Assembly (NCBI GenBank): GCA_028714475.1 | Contig: JAQTNC010000002.1 | Location: 14,609-78,608, forward strand | Source of the DNA: Patescibacteria group bacterium | Lineage (GTDB): Bacteria > Patescibacteriota > Patescibacteriia > SG8-24 | Reading direction: 5' to 3' | Length of the DNA: 64,000 nucleotides | Shown here: positions 1-9,052 of the stretch, piece after piece | Layout: every line of letters starts with the position of its first letter | Numbering within the stretch: position 1 is the stretch's first letter | Made by a program: the position numbers and the translations under genes | Notes under the pieces: generated by a model | What the model was told of the DNA's origin: nothing | Databases searched by the model: none | The model's input: only the letters and a program-made list of their open reading frames with translations

Positions 1-30
1 CCATGTGGCGAAAAGGCGCAAGCCACACCG

Positions 31-48
31 CAAGACCTGACCCCGTTT
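31..48 (-). repeat. GGGGTCAGGTCTTG-family dispersed repeat (reverse copy); degenerate partner copies at ~94-101 and 167-180
   Basis: caagacctgaccccgttt is the exact reverse complement of aaacggggtcaggtcttg at 3614-3631. Confidence 0.85.
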
Positions 49-388
49 TCCACACTACCGCCGCCTAGTGATGTTCCGAGCGGAATAAAAGGAGGGTCTT
101 GCTGAATGTTTTCACAATTTGAAATATGTGAAATTCGATAATACATGCTATTCTTGATTCACATCCCAAGACCTAATCCCAAAACGTGTGGAATACCCAC
201 TTGTTTGGTCAAAAACCCGCCATCCATCGATGACGGGTTATTGAGTTAGCGCGACGCCACGATGCCCGGAGCCTCAAAAACGACCTTGGCAGGGAATGGA
301 ACTGGGTAAAATCAGCGCGCTGCATTTTATGTAAAAATCATATATAGTCTAATCACAGAAAAGAGGCGGCATTGCTAATAAGATCCAT

Positions 389-1126
389 ATGGATATAAAC
401 GAATCCCACCCAAACGCTAAAAGCAATCTTAAGAATAGAACGGAAATTTTGGAATATTCCCTCACCATCGAAGATGCCATTGATTCCTTGTTGCTCATGT
501 ATTTGGGCATATATGATAAAAAGAAATCCAAAGGGCCTCAAGTATCAAAAACAAAATTTAACGTTAGTTTTCAAAGCAAAATAGATTTGTTGTTTGACAT
601 AGATGTCCTGTCAAAAGAAGAACATTCAGATTTAGAATTATTAATGAATTTTCGAAACAAATTTCTTCACGAAATTAGATGTAATTCATATTTATCCGTA
701 GTAAATCTTTTTGATAATGGAATTAAGAATAGATTTAAGAAATATTTAAATAAAAATGGCAGCATAGAAGAGGAAGATTCATGTAAATGGGGGTGCTTCA
801 ATTTATATGGCAAGAATCTTCAGACAATTCAAAAAAAGGTTAAGGAAAAAATCGACCAAACTCAAGACAAGGCCAGTCTCGTTAATACTCTTCTAGCAAA
901 GAACGTAAGAATGATTGACATGTCTTTTGGTTTTGTTACTGACTTGCTTAAGGAAATGAAAAAGGCCGAATTAGAAAATCGTAAAATTCGAGCATTGGTA
1001 AGTTTGGTAGCGTCAAAATGTAAAGATTACACCGACGGTATAGGGGTTGATAGGAGAATGGCAAAATTAGATAAAAGAATGAAGAAGCTTCTTTCCGAGG
1101 AAAGAATAAAAAAGTACCTTAAATAA
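389..1126 (+). CDS. Putative HEPN (MtlR-like) domain protein, possible RNase/defence effector
   Basis: 245 aa ORF, visibly AT-rich relative to window; Rx4H motif RNKFLH preceded by SFQSKIDLL. Confidence 0.6.
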   Translation: MDINESHPNAKSNLKNRTEILEYSLTIEDAIDSLLLMYLGIYDKKKSKGPQVSKTKFNVSFQSKIDLLFDIDVLSKEEHSDLELLMNFRNKFLHEIRCNSYLSVVNLFDNGIKNRFKKYLNKNGSIEEEDSCKWGCFNLYGKNLQTIQKKVKEKIDQTQDKASLVNTLLAKNVRMIDMSFGFVTDLLKEMKKAELENRKIRALVSLVASKCKDYTDGIGVDRRMAKLDKRMKKLLSEERIKKYLK

Positions 1127-1138
1127 AGATGCTCCGGT

Positions 1139-3445
1139 ATGCGGTTCAGAAAAATCAAGGAAATTATGGACAGCGACGCATTTGACTCCTTCGACTGGAA
1201 GGGGCCAGATTTTAGGCGCTATAACTTGATTTACGGGTGGAACGGCTCGGGAAAGACCACGACATCCAGAATCTTTCGGTCAATAGAGTGCGGCGCGGTC
1301 GCGACAGAATTGGGTGCGACCCAGTTTCAGGTGGTGACGGAGGACGGAATTATGAGGAACGTCGACATCACGGCTCCGTCCAATGGCGTCAGAGTATTCA
1401 ACGACGACTTCGTTAAGGAAAACCTAGAGTTCCATGAGTCCAAAACCAAGCAAATCCTCATAGTCGGCAATGCTAGCATAGAGGCGGAGGGCAAAATCAG
1501 GTCTCTGGAAGAGCGCAGAAAGGAAGCTGGCATAGAAAGGAAAGTGTTGGAGGAAAGCCTGGGCAAAATCAAGCCGCTCGACAAGATTCGCAAGGCCGCC
1601 AGCGACGAGGTGGTGAAGCAGTTTGCCAACACGCCGCTCGGCACCAGCGACTACAGCGGTCGCAAGTACAACAGAAAGGAAGTCGATGACCTTCTCGCGA
1701 AAAACATTATCACCGAGGCGAATGTCAAGTCGCTGGTTATCAATAAGCAGGAGGATATCGACCGCCGCCGCGAGGTAATTAAGAGCCAGCGCCAGAAGGT
1801 GCCGGTCTTTCCCGAAACGGTTGAGGACTTCTCGCAGGTGTTTGCCGACGCGAACCTGCTTCTTCAGGCCAGTCCGGCGGCAGAAAAAATTGACGAGCTT
1901 TCTAACGATGACGAGAGGAGATTGTGGGTGGAGGACGGCTACGCACTTCACACCGCTCGAGGCTCCCACGGCTGCCTATTTTGCGGTAAGACGCTCGACG
2001 GCGGATTCCTTGAGCGTCTCGCGAGGTTCTTCACAAAAGAGATGGACGAGGTCAAGAAGAATGTCGATGTAGCCATCGCACTACTGGACACGTCGCCCAT
2101 GCGCGGCGAGACGTCACAGCCGGACGCGGGTCTGCTGCTGCCCGACCTGAGCATCGAGTATCTATCCTTCAAGGCAGAGGCCGACAGGTACGCGGTGGAG
2201 ATTCGGGCGGCGATCGGCAAGATGACGCAGGCGCTCAAAGACAAACGGCAAAACGTCCAAGCGGTAGCACCCGGGCTTAAGATCGTAGAATACCCATCAA
2301 AGGCCATCACTGGTTTCAACGAGGTCATCGCAAAGATGGTCGCCACGATACACAAGCACAACGAGCAGATCGACAAGAAAATCGAGGCCGCCAAGGAGAT
2401 AGAGCTGCACATCGTCGCCAAGACGCTCGTGGAGAAGGACTACTTCTCGACAAAGGCCGAACATGATTCCCTGACTACGAAAATCGGCGGCCTGACCACA
2501 GAGATTGACGAGATCGAGCGTAAGGTCGCCGGTTTAAAATCGGCCATCCTAGACTCGGCGATCGCCATCGGGAAGATAAACGGGATGCTCGAAGAGTTTT
2601 TCGGGCGGGGCCACATTTGCCTCGAACCTGCCACGGGCACCGACTTGGGTTATGTTCTAAAGAGAAGGGGCAAGAATGCGAGGAACCTGAGCGAGGGCGA
2701 GAAGAACGCCGTGGCCTTGGCGTTCTTCCTGACAAAGCTCGATGAGGGAGACTTCAGCAAGAAGGATGGTTCGGTGGTCGTCGACGACCCCGTCGACAGT
2801 CAAGACGAGCTGTTCCTATTCCGCGCGTTCAGCCTAATCAAGCGGCATGTTAGCCCCTGCGGCCAAGTAATACTGCTCACGCACAACTTCCCGCTGTTCA
2901 ACTTGGTGCGTGACTGGCTTTCTCACGAGAACCGTAAGCGTCACAAGACCAAAAATGACTCGGTGTCCGAATTCTTCATGATGAGGTGTCTGAGAAGTGA
3001 GTCCAGTCACGAGACCGTTGTCGAGCCGCTCCATGACTTGCTGATGAAGTATAAAACGGAATACCAGTATCTATTCCACCAGCTGTACAAATTCGGCGCT
3101 GGCGAGGCTGGCGTCGACGTGCCCCTGATTCCGAACATCGGTCGCAAGGTGCTCGAATACTTCGCCAGCTTCAAGTGGTCGTGCGACGTGGGCGAGGAAC
3201 TCGGGGCGATTGTCCAAGAGAAATACGTTGACGCCCCTAACGCCACCACCGATCAAAAGGCCAACGGGGACTTCATAAAGAAATTCGTGGACGAGTATTC
3301 GCACGGCAAGGACTTCGGCAGGCCGATAACGGCGGCTACTTTTGAGGCAAAAAACGTAGCGGTTAACGTGCTCAAGCTGATTGAGACCGCCGACCCCGAA
3401 CACTACGACCGGCTCGTCGCTCTTTGCAAGGAGGACGACGAGTGA
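1139..3445 (+). CDS. rloC: RloC-like AAA_13/Rad50-type ABC ATPase with C-terminal anticodon-nuclease (HEPN) domain
   Basis: Walker A GWNGSGKT, coiled coil with zinc hook CLFC, signature LSEGE, Walker B/D-loop VVVDDPVDS, LTHN, C-terminal NIGRKVLE...DEYSH. Confidence 0.8.
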   Translation: MRFRKIKEIMDSDAFDSFDWKGPDFRRYNLIYGWNGSGKTTTSRIFRSIECGAVATELGATQFQVVTEDGIMRNVDITAPSNGVRVFNDDFVKENLEFHESKTKQILIVGNASIEAEGKIRSLEERRKEAGIERKVLEESLGKIKPLDKIRKAASDEVVKQFANTPLGTSDYSGRKYNRKEVDDLLAKNIITEANVKSLVINKQEDIDRRREVIKSQRQKVPVFPETVEDFSQVFADANLLLQASPAAEKIDELSNDDERRLWVEDGYALHTARGSHGCLFCGKTLDGGFLERLARFFTKEMDEVKKNVDVAIALLDTSPMRGETSQPDAGLLLPDLSIEYLSFKAEADRYAVEIRAAIGKMTQALKDKRQNVQAVAPGLKIVEYPSKAITGFNEVIAKMVATIHKHNEQIDKKIEAAKEIELHIVAKTLVEKDYFSTKAEHDSLTTKIGGLTTEIDEIERKVAGLKSAILDSAIAIGKINGMLEEFFGRGHICLEPATGTDLGYVLKRRGKNARNLSEGEKNAVALAFFLTKLDEGDFSKKDGSVVVDDPVDSQDELFLFRAFSLIKRHVSPCGQVILLTHNFPLFNLVRDWLSHENRKRHKTKNDSVSEFFMMRCLRSESSHETVVEPLHDLLMKYKTEYQYLFHQLYKFGAGEAGVDVPLIPNIGRKVLEYFASFKWSCDVGEELGAIVQEKYVDAPNATTDQKANGDFIKKFVDEYSHGKDFGRPITAATFEAKNVAVNVLKLIETADPEHYDRLVALCKEDDE

Positions 3446-3621
3446 TGAGCGTCGGCGGTGCTAATCAAACCGTCCTTCAGGACGAAGTTCGACAGCAGTC
3501 TCTCGAGTATGGCCCGCTTCTCGTCCCTCGTGCCCTCCTTGAGCACGTATTTGGCGTACGTCCTGACGTTGAACCCGGCCGCCGCCTTAGCCAGCTCGTC
3601 TGTCATGCCCCGGAAACGGGG
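3403..3621 (-). pseudogene. Probable C-terminal remnant of a large serine recombinase
   Basis: RTYAKYVLKEGTRDEKRAILERLLSNFVLKDG resembles, from memory, the tail of CPR recombinase-family proteins; frame is closed upstream by a stop inside the repeat (3622-3624). Confidence 0.5.
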
Positions 3622-3666
3622 TCAGGTCTTGAATCATCAGTTTTCATGTTAATCAAGATCTAACCC
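3614..3666 (+). repeat. GGGGTCAGGTCTTGA...TCAAGATCTAACCC inverted doublet (hairpin)
   Basis: Imperfect inverted arms at 3618-3632 and 3653-3666. Confidence 0.8.
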
Positions 3667-3766
3667 AAAATCCTGACGACCTTTGTCCAACGCTTCTTCG
3701 GCGCGGTCTGCAACATCTAGTCATGTGCTATAATACAATCGGTCCTTTTTGAAGGGAGGAACCGAG

Positions 3767-4189
3767 ATGTTGACCATCAGATGTCACTTCCATCCGCGCT
3801 ATCGGGCCCATAGGGAGCCCAAGAACGATTGTGAGACCTGCCGGCTCCTTTACGCCTTGGCTCATCAGCAAGACGGGAACACCGAAGAGATTCTTAGGCG
3901 GCTCGGTTCAGGGCTCGCCGGAACAACTGGTGACGACAAGATGTCTGTAGCCCTGGAAGGCATGGAAACGGGCAGGGCCTCGACCCTGACGGTGAAGTGC
4001 AGCCATCACCAATATCAGGCCACCCGGAAACCAGGGTGGAATTGCGATGCCTGCTGGCTCCTCTTTGTGCTCAAGTTCCAAGCCCACAAGGACGGAGAAA
4101 GGCGACTCGGTCCCTTCAATCCGTACGCCTACGTCATCGGTCACGTGAATCTGAAAGCAGCCTGTGCCGCCCTGCTGATTGTCAGGTAG
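3767..4189 (+). CDS. Hypothetical protein with two tandem putative zinc-binding repeats
   Basis: TGCTATAAT at 3726-3734, RBS ggagg, ATG 3767; repeated C-x2-H...C-x2-C units; terminator follows. Confidence 0.75.
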   Translation: MLTIRCHFHPRYRAHREPKNDCETCRLLYALAHQQDGNTEEILRRLGSGLAGTTGDDKMSVALEGMETGRASTLTVKCSHHQYQATRKPGWNCDACWLLFVLKFQAHKDGERRLGPFNPYAYVIGHVNLKAACAALLIVR

Positions 4190-4209
4190 ACGGACGGCAA
4201 GCATCTTCG

Positions 4210-4233
4210 GCTCCCGCTGGGAGCTTTTTGTTT
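4210..4233 (+). terminator. Intrinsic terminator
   Basis: gctccc-gct-gggagc followed by tttttgttt. Confidence 0.7.
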
Positions 4234-4379
4234 AGCCCAATCGTCATGAAAATAATGGCTCGAATCCCAGCCTTGCGCCTAAACTGCAGGGTTGACAAAA
4301 TGCTTGTTATCAGATATACATTTACTGTTCTGCCCTCAATCTTTTCGGAAAACACACATAGAAGGCGAGGCAATACGAA

Positions 4380-4565
4380 ATGAGCGACAAGCCGGCTGGA
4401 ACTTATCAGTGCGTTATCTGCTCGGCTACTTGGGACGGGTCACAGTTGCACGAAGACCCGATGAGTACGGGCCAGCGGTGGACTTGCGGCGATCCTTTCT
4501 GCGGGGCCAATGTCCGCAAAATCAGCGACGAGCCAAAAGCAAAGAAGAGTCCCGGTCAAACGTAA
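4380..4565 (+). CDS. Small zinc-ribbon protein
   Basis: CVIC...CGDPFC; promoter TTGACA(4292)-17-TATACA(4315); gagg before ATG. Confidence 0.7.
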   Translation: MSDKPAGTYQCVICSATWDGSQLHEDPMSTGQRWTCGDPFCGANVRKISDEPKAKKSPGQT

Positions 4566-4738
4566 TGAAAGGCAGACGAATTCTTGAACCCGCCGTAGTC
4601 CATTGGACGAAAGCGGGTTTTTTAGCGTCCAAAATGCGGAACCATACAATTTAAGACTCCAAAAACACCCGTTCGTCATGGCATATCCAGGCGGTATGCT
4701 GGTATACTAAACCAGCGAATCAACCCTAAGAAACCCAA

Positions 4739-5857
4739 ATGAACAAGGCCATTCTATACAATGTTATCGGCGTACTGGCAGTCTTGGCGGTAATATTTTT
4801 CAAGATACCGGCGGTCTGGGTGGTTCTCGGGATTTTGGCGGTTTTGGTCATGGTCATCGTCAGCCCCTTTGTGCCCGCCGTCGAAAGCATCCCGAAGGGG
4901 TTCGTCGAAAAGAAATTCGACACGGGGAAAGTCATCCTGAATTACGTGGAAGGCCCGGACAACGGCCCGCCAATGCTTTTTATTCCGGGACAAACGGAAT
5001 TCTGGCAAGGCTATAAACTGGTCATGCCCAACTTCGCCAAGAAGTATCACGTCTTCGTCGTAGACGTCAGGGGGCACGGGAAATCGACCAAAACTCCTGG
5101 CGAATATTCCTACAACATCATCGGCGAAGACCTGAAGGCTTTTTTGGAAACGGTCATCAAGAAACCGGCGATCGTGTCCGGTTTGTCTTCCGGGGCCGTT
5201 CTCGCCTTGTGGTTGGCGGCCAACGCCCCGGAGTCGGTCTCGGCCGTCGTGAGCGAGGATCCGCCGCTCTTTTCCGCCATGTGGCCGCACATCAAGGAGG
5301 AAAAATACATGTATCGCCTGTTTGAAATCATGGTTGAGTGTCTCGGCAAGCCAAAACGGGACATCTTGGACTACTTCATGAAGCAGGGGATTCCCAAAGA
5401 CGGTCAGGATGAGCTGTTGCTGATTCCACCCTGGATCGCCAAGTTCATCGTGGGTGATTTTGAACTCAACAAAAGATTTCGCCCGTCAAAAAAGTACGAC
5501 GTGCCTTTGGCTCCCTTCAGCGGCCGGGTCGGCCTCAAGTTCATCAGTGAGTACGACGTTGATTTTTCCCGGGCCACGATTGACGGCCGGTTGACGGCAG
5601 GGTTCAATCCCGAGGAGACGTTAAAAAAAATCAACTGCCCCGTATTGTTGATTCAGGCGCTTTGGTCCAGGCACGCGACCTGGGGACTGCTGGGGGCGCT
5701 GGATGACAAAGACGTTGAAAAAATCCGCGCCCTGGTAAAAAACCTCCAGGTCGTAAAAGTTAAAGCCATCCATGATGTTCACTTGTCCAAGCCAAAAATT
5801 TTCATCAAGGCGGTCAATGAATATCTGGATAGTTTACGGAACGGGGTCAGGTCTTGA
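4739..5857 (+). CDS. Membrane-anchored alpha/beta hydrolase
   Basis: Two N-terminal hydrophobic segments, DVRGHGKS, nucleophile elbow GLSSG, C-terminal His (HDVH); last codons and stop supplied by the repeat. Confidence 0.9.
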   Translation: MNKAILYNVIGVLAVLAVIFFKIPAVWVVLGILAVLVMVIVSPFVPAVESIPKGFVEKKFDTGKVILNYVEGPDNGPPMLFIPGQTEFWQGYKLVMPNFAKKYHVFVVDVRGHGKSTKTPGEYSYNIIGEDLKAFLETVIKKPAIVSGLSSGAVLALWLAANAPESVSAVVSEDPPLFSAMWPHIKEEKYMYRLFEIMVECLGKPKRDILDYFMKQGIPKDGQDELLLIPPWIAKFIVGDFELNKRFRPSKKYDVPLAPFSGRVGLKFISEYDVDFSRATIDGRLTAGFNPEETLKKINCPVLLIQALWSRHATWGLLGALDDKDVEKIRALVKNLQVVKVKAIHDVHLSKPKIFIKAVNEYLDSLRNGVRS

Positions 5858-5868
5858 ACTATCAGTTT
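5840..5868 (+). repeat. GGGGTCAGGTCTTG-family repeat
   Basis: aacggggtcaggtcttgaactatcagttt, 27/29 identical to 3615-3643. Confidence 0.9.
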
Positions 5869-6019
5869 GACCAGTCGTCGCCTCATTGTCGCCGCTGGCC
5901 CTTTTTTGCTGTAATTTACCAACTAAAAGGCCTACGGTGTAGGCGGGCCGTTAAGTGTAATCACGGCGATAATCGGTTGTTGTATTGGTTTGTCGTAGTG
6001 GTTAGTAGAGACGGCGGAG

Positions 6020-6052
6020 ACAAAAGACGGGTTTAACCCGTCTTTTGTTTTT
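6020..6052. terminator. Bidirectional intrinsic terminator
   Basis: acaaaagacggg-tttaa-cccgtcttttgt plus T tail. Confidence 0.75.
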
Positions 6053-6112
6053 GACCCGCGACGGCGTCGGCGTTACAATGCCCGTATAATTCTTCACCTT
6101 CTTTTTGCTCAT

Positions 6113-6922
6113 ATGCGTGCAAAACATCTCATCTCCACTTCATTGTTATTGGCATCGCTCGCGCTCGTCGGCTTTGGTTGTGGCCAGAAGGCGTCCGTAT
6201 CCACGAACGCGTCGCCGGCCGCCAACAAGCAGCCCGCCGCGCCGGCCGAGAGGCCGAGCACTACGACTTCGGACTCCTGCGGCAACCCGTATTACCCGTT
6301 CAAGCCCGGCTTGACCATCGCCTATAGCGTCACGCCGCCAGCGAACACCCCGGGAGATGCCGACTACACGGTCCGCACCGTCAGCGTATCCGGCAACAAG
6401 GCCACGGTGCGCACCGAGATGGCCGGCGGCGTCACTGCCGACATGGAGGCCGACTGCGCGAACGGCTCCGTTGAGATGAAGGGGTCGTCTGGGCTCGGCG
6501 CCGACGTCCAGGGGTTCAAGACGACCGTCATCTCGTCGAGCGGCACATTCATGCCAGCGGACGTCTCGGCCGGTTCCACCTGGAGCAACTCGAAGACGGT
6601 GAGGATGGATTCGGCCGGCGGCTCGGCCGCGGCTGCGGCCATGGGTTCGCTCATCATGACTACGACGGAGCAGAGCCGGGCGGTCGGCGAGGAATCGGTT
6701 ACGGTTCCGGCCGGCACGTATAAGGCGATGAAGGTCGAGTCGACGCAAACCACGACCTCCAAGTTTTCGGCTACGCCGGCGGGCACGCAGTCCAGCGAGA
6801 TGCCGCCGTCGACTTATACGTCCACCGAATGGTTGGTGAAAGGCATCGGCATGGTGAAATCCGTGACGAAGGGCGAGGGCGGCACCTCGACCACCGAGGC
6901 GAAGTCGATCACCGGGCTTTGA
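6113..6922 (+). CDS. Putative lipoprotein, beta-rich Ser/Thr-rich domain
   Basis: Lipobox-like LVGFGC; NPYYPF...ESVTVPAGTY...WLVKGIGMVK motifs typical of a widespread uncharacterised family. Confidence 0.8.
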   Translation: MRAKHLISTSLLLASLALVGFGCGQKASVSTNASPAANKQPAAPAERPSTTTSDSCGNPYYPFKPGLTIAYSVTPPANTPGDADYTVRTVSVSGNKATVRTEMAGGVTADMEADCANGSVEMKGSSGLGADVQGFKTTVISSSGTFMPADVSAGSTWSNSKTVRMDSAGGSAAAAAMGSLIMTTTEQSRAVGEESVTVPAGTYKAMKVESTQTTTSKFSATPAGTQSSEMPPSTYTSTEWLVKGIGMVKSVTKGEGGTSTTEAKSITGL

Positions 6923-7147
6923 CGCGTAACGGCACCTGCTTAACGTACGGAACGGAAAAGAGGACGTCCGGCTCGGGCGTCCTCTTAATGTGCGTCGGCT
7001 CACCCGAAAGTTTCCGGCAGAAAGCCCTCAACAGCTTCGATTTTGCAGCCGAGCAGCCGCCGCCGGCGAAGCCCCGGGCTGCGGCCCGGGTGAGCGGCGG
7101 GTGAACCGGAATACCTACCCCAAACATTTGGTGTAGAATAGAATCAT

Positions 7148-7546
7148 ATGCAAAACAACATGCCCAAATTCCTTTATTGGACCCCAAGAATTCTATCGAT
7201 ATTGTTTATTTGCTTTTTGGCAATATTTTCGTTGGATGTAATTTCTCCCGGATTAGGTTTTTGGCAAATAGCTATTGGATTATTCATGCATAATATTCCG
7301 GTATTCGTCTTGACGGCCGTTTTGGTTATTTCGTGGAAACACGAACTCGTCGGCGGAATCGTTTTTAGCCTAGTCGGGCTACTCTTTGCCGCCAGGATGG
7401 TGATTACTATGCTGACGAACCGGTTTGAATGGGGTGGGCTGTTTGGAGCCCTGCCGCTGGCCGTTCCAGCGCTTCTGATAGGAATATTATTTATTACTGG
7501 GTGGCTTAAAAAGAGGACTGGCCGTAGTGATGTATCCGTGAAATAG
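7148..7546 (+). CDS. Four-TM hypothetical membrane protein
   Basis: WTPRILSILF...MHNIP, four hydrophobic segments; AT-rich. Confidence 0.8.
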   Translation: MQNNMPKFLYWTPRILSILFICFLAIFSLDVISPGLGFWQIAIGLFMHNIPVFVLTAVLVISWKHELVGGIVFSLVGLLFAARMVITMLTNRFEWGGLFGALPLAVPALLIGILFITGWLKKRTGRSDVSVK

Positions 7547-7601
7547 GTTCTGACTTCGTCTACAGTACGGACACAAAAAGTCAGAACTTGTTGGGATGTG
7601 A

Positions 7602-7925
7602 ATGCCTATGCGCCGATTCAACATCAACGAGCTCGCCGACTGGCAGTCGCCGGAGCGGCGCGATGACTTGCCCAAGTGTGAATTCTCGGGCAAGGACATG
7701 CACCCGAACGAGCGGAGCGCAAAGGCCGCCGCAACTTGGCGCGAATCGCAGGCCGGGACGCCGATGGGCGTCTATTTTTGCGTGTGGTGCAAAGCTTGGC
7801 ACCTGACGTCTTCCCGGGTAACGGGGTCAGGTCTCGGACGTGAATTCCGCGGCGTCCCGACCCCCCTTACCGACCATCGGCACCAGCCTTCTCGCCATAT
7901 TGACATTGCATTTGTAACCTCCTAA
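7602..7925 (+). CDS. Small putative zinc-binding protein, phage-like; C-terminus probably altered by the repeat
   Basis: C..SGK.MH...Y.CVWCKAWHLTS; repeat at 7820 begins just after HLTS. Confidence 0.55.
   Translation: MPMRRFNINELADWQSPERRDDLPKCEFSGKDMHPNERSAKAAATWRESQAGTPMGVYFCVWCKAWHLTSSRVTGSGLGREFRGVPTPLTDHRHQPSRHIDIAFVTS
7820..7866 (+). repeat. GGGGTCAGGTCT repeat with degenerate inverted arm
   Basis: aacggggtcaggtctcggacg...cgtcccgacccccc. Confidence 0.75.
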
Positions 7926-7959
7926 GGTTGATTTAAAGGTCTTTTTGTGGAGGTGCAAG

Positions 7960-8907
7960 ATGAAAACACCGATCTTCCCGCAGGCGCTGCTTGGTACGGG
8001 CATAGTGCCGTTTGGCGACCTGAAAATCAGCGTCGCGAGCCCCACGAGTCAGTACGGTCACGGCGTCTTCGAAGGCGTCAGGGCATATCCGGCCAGCCGC
8101 GGCGGCATGATCGTTCCCGCCTTGCGCCAACACATGGCCAGAATGTTTCGTTCGGCGCGGGCCTTGTTCTCGGACTTCGCGATTCCCATCACGCAAGAGG
8201 AGGCGTGCGAAAGCGTCCGTCGGCTGGTCGAGACCAACGACATCAACGAGCCGGTGTACATCAGGCCGTCGCTGCTCATCCCGGTCGCCTGCACCATCCA
8301 TCTTGAGCCGGTGGAGGGACCGAAAGAGCTCATCTTCTCCGCCTACGCGCAGAGAAGCAGCCGGTTCAGGAGAGAGGGCCTGTCCTGCATCGTCTCGCCG
8401 CTTCGCAAGCCACACGCGCGGGTGGCTCAGCACAAGGCTTGTGGCATGTACGTGTACCTAGGCATGGCTAGCGCCATGGCCGAGGAGGCCGGCTACGACG
8501 AGAGCATTCTGCTCGATCAGGACGGCCTGGTCGCCGAAGGCACCTATCAGAACATCGTTTTCGAGAAGGATGGGGTGCTGTGGGAACCGCGCCGAGAGGG
8601 GCGGCCCATCATGCCGAGCATCACTCGGGACGTCGTGCGGTGTCTGATTGCGGAAGATATGCCCGGTGGCAGGGAAATTGTGCCCACGGACGTCACGCCG
8701 CAGACGATGGTCAGGGCCGATTCGCTCATGCTGTTGGGCACCGCGTCGGAGATATGTTTCGCGCGCAAGGTTTGCTTAGACGGCGTCGATTATCAGATCG
8801 GTTCCGGCGAGGACACACCGACGCCCTTCGTGGCCGCGGTTCGGGATTCGTACGTCCGGTTTGTCAGCGGGGAACTTGGGCACGAAGACCTCTTGGTTCG
8901 GGTCTAG
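7960..8907 (+). CDS. PLP fold-IV aminotransferase (IlvE/DAAT family)
   Basis: YGHGVFEGVRAY, YIRP, catalytic Lys in QHKACGMY, EG..QN, GTASEI; RBS ggagg. Confidence 0.9.
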   Translation: MKTPIFPQALLGTGIVPFGDLKISVASPTSQYGHGVFEGVRAYPASRGGMIVPALRQHMARMFRSARALFSDFAIPITQEEACESVRRLVETNDINEPVYIRPSLLIPVACTIHLEPVEGPKELIFSAYAQRSSRFRREGLSCIVSPLRKPHARVAQHKACGMYVYLGMASAMAEEAGYDESILLDQDGLVAEGTYQNIVFEKDGVLWEPRREGRPIMPSITRDVVRCLIAEDMPGGREIVPTDVTPQTMVRADSLMLLGTASEICFARKVCLDGVDYQIGSGEDTPTPFVAAVRDSYVRFVSGELGHEDLLVRV

Positions 8908-8925
8908 CGCCACCGTCTTCATAAT

Positions 8926-8954
8926 AACCGCCCTGTCTCAAGGGGCGGTTTATT
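8926..8954 (+). terminator. Intrinsic terminator
   Basis: aaccgccc...gggcggtt hairpin. Confidence 0.6.
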
Positions 8955-9052
8955 AGTTAATTGCGCCCCGAGCCTCGGCCTTGCCATTTTTTGGCTATGT
9001 GGTAAAGCTAGAGATAGTGTTCGGCCTTTACAGGCAAGAGAGGAGTCGCGTC

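Noticed and set aside
5985-6020. tRNA-like gtagtggtta
   Set aside because: No T-arm or acceptor stem
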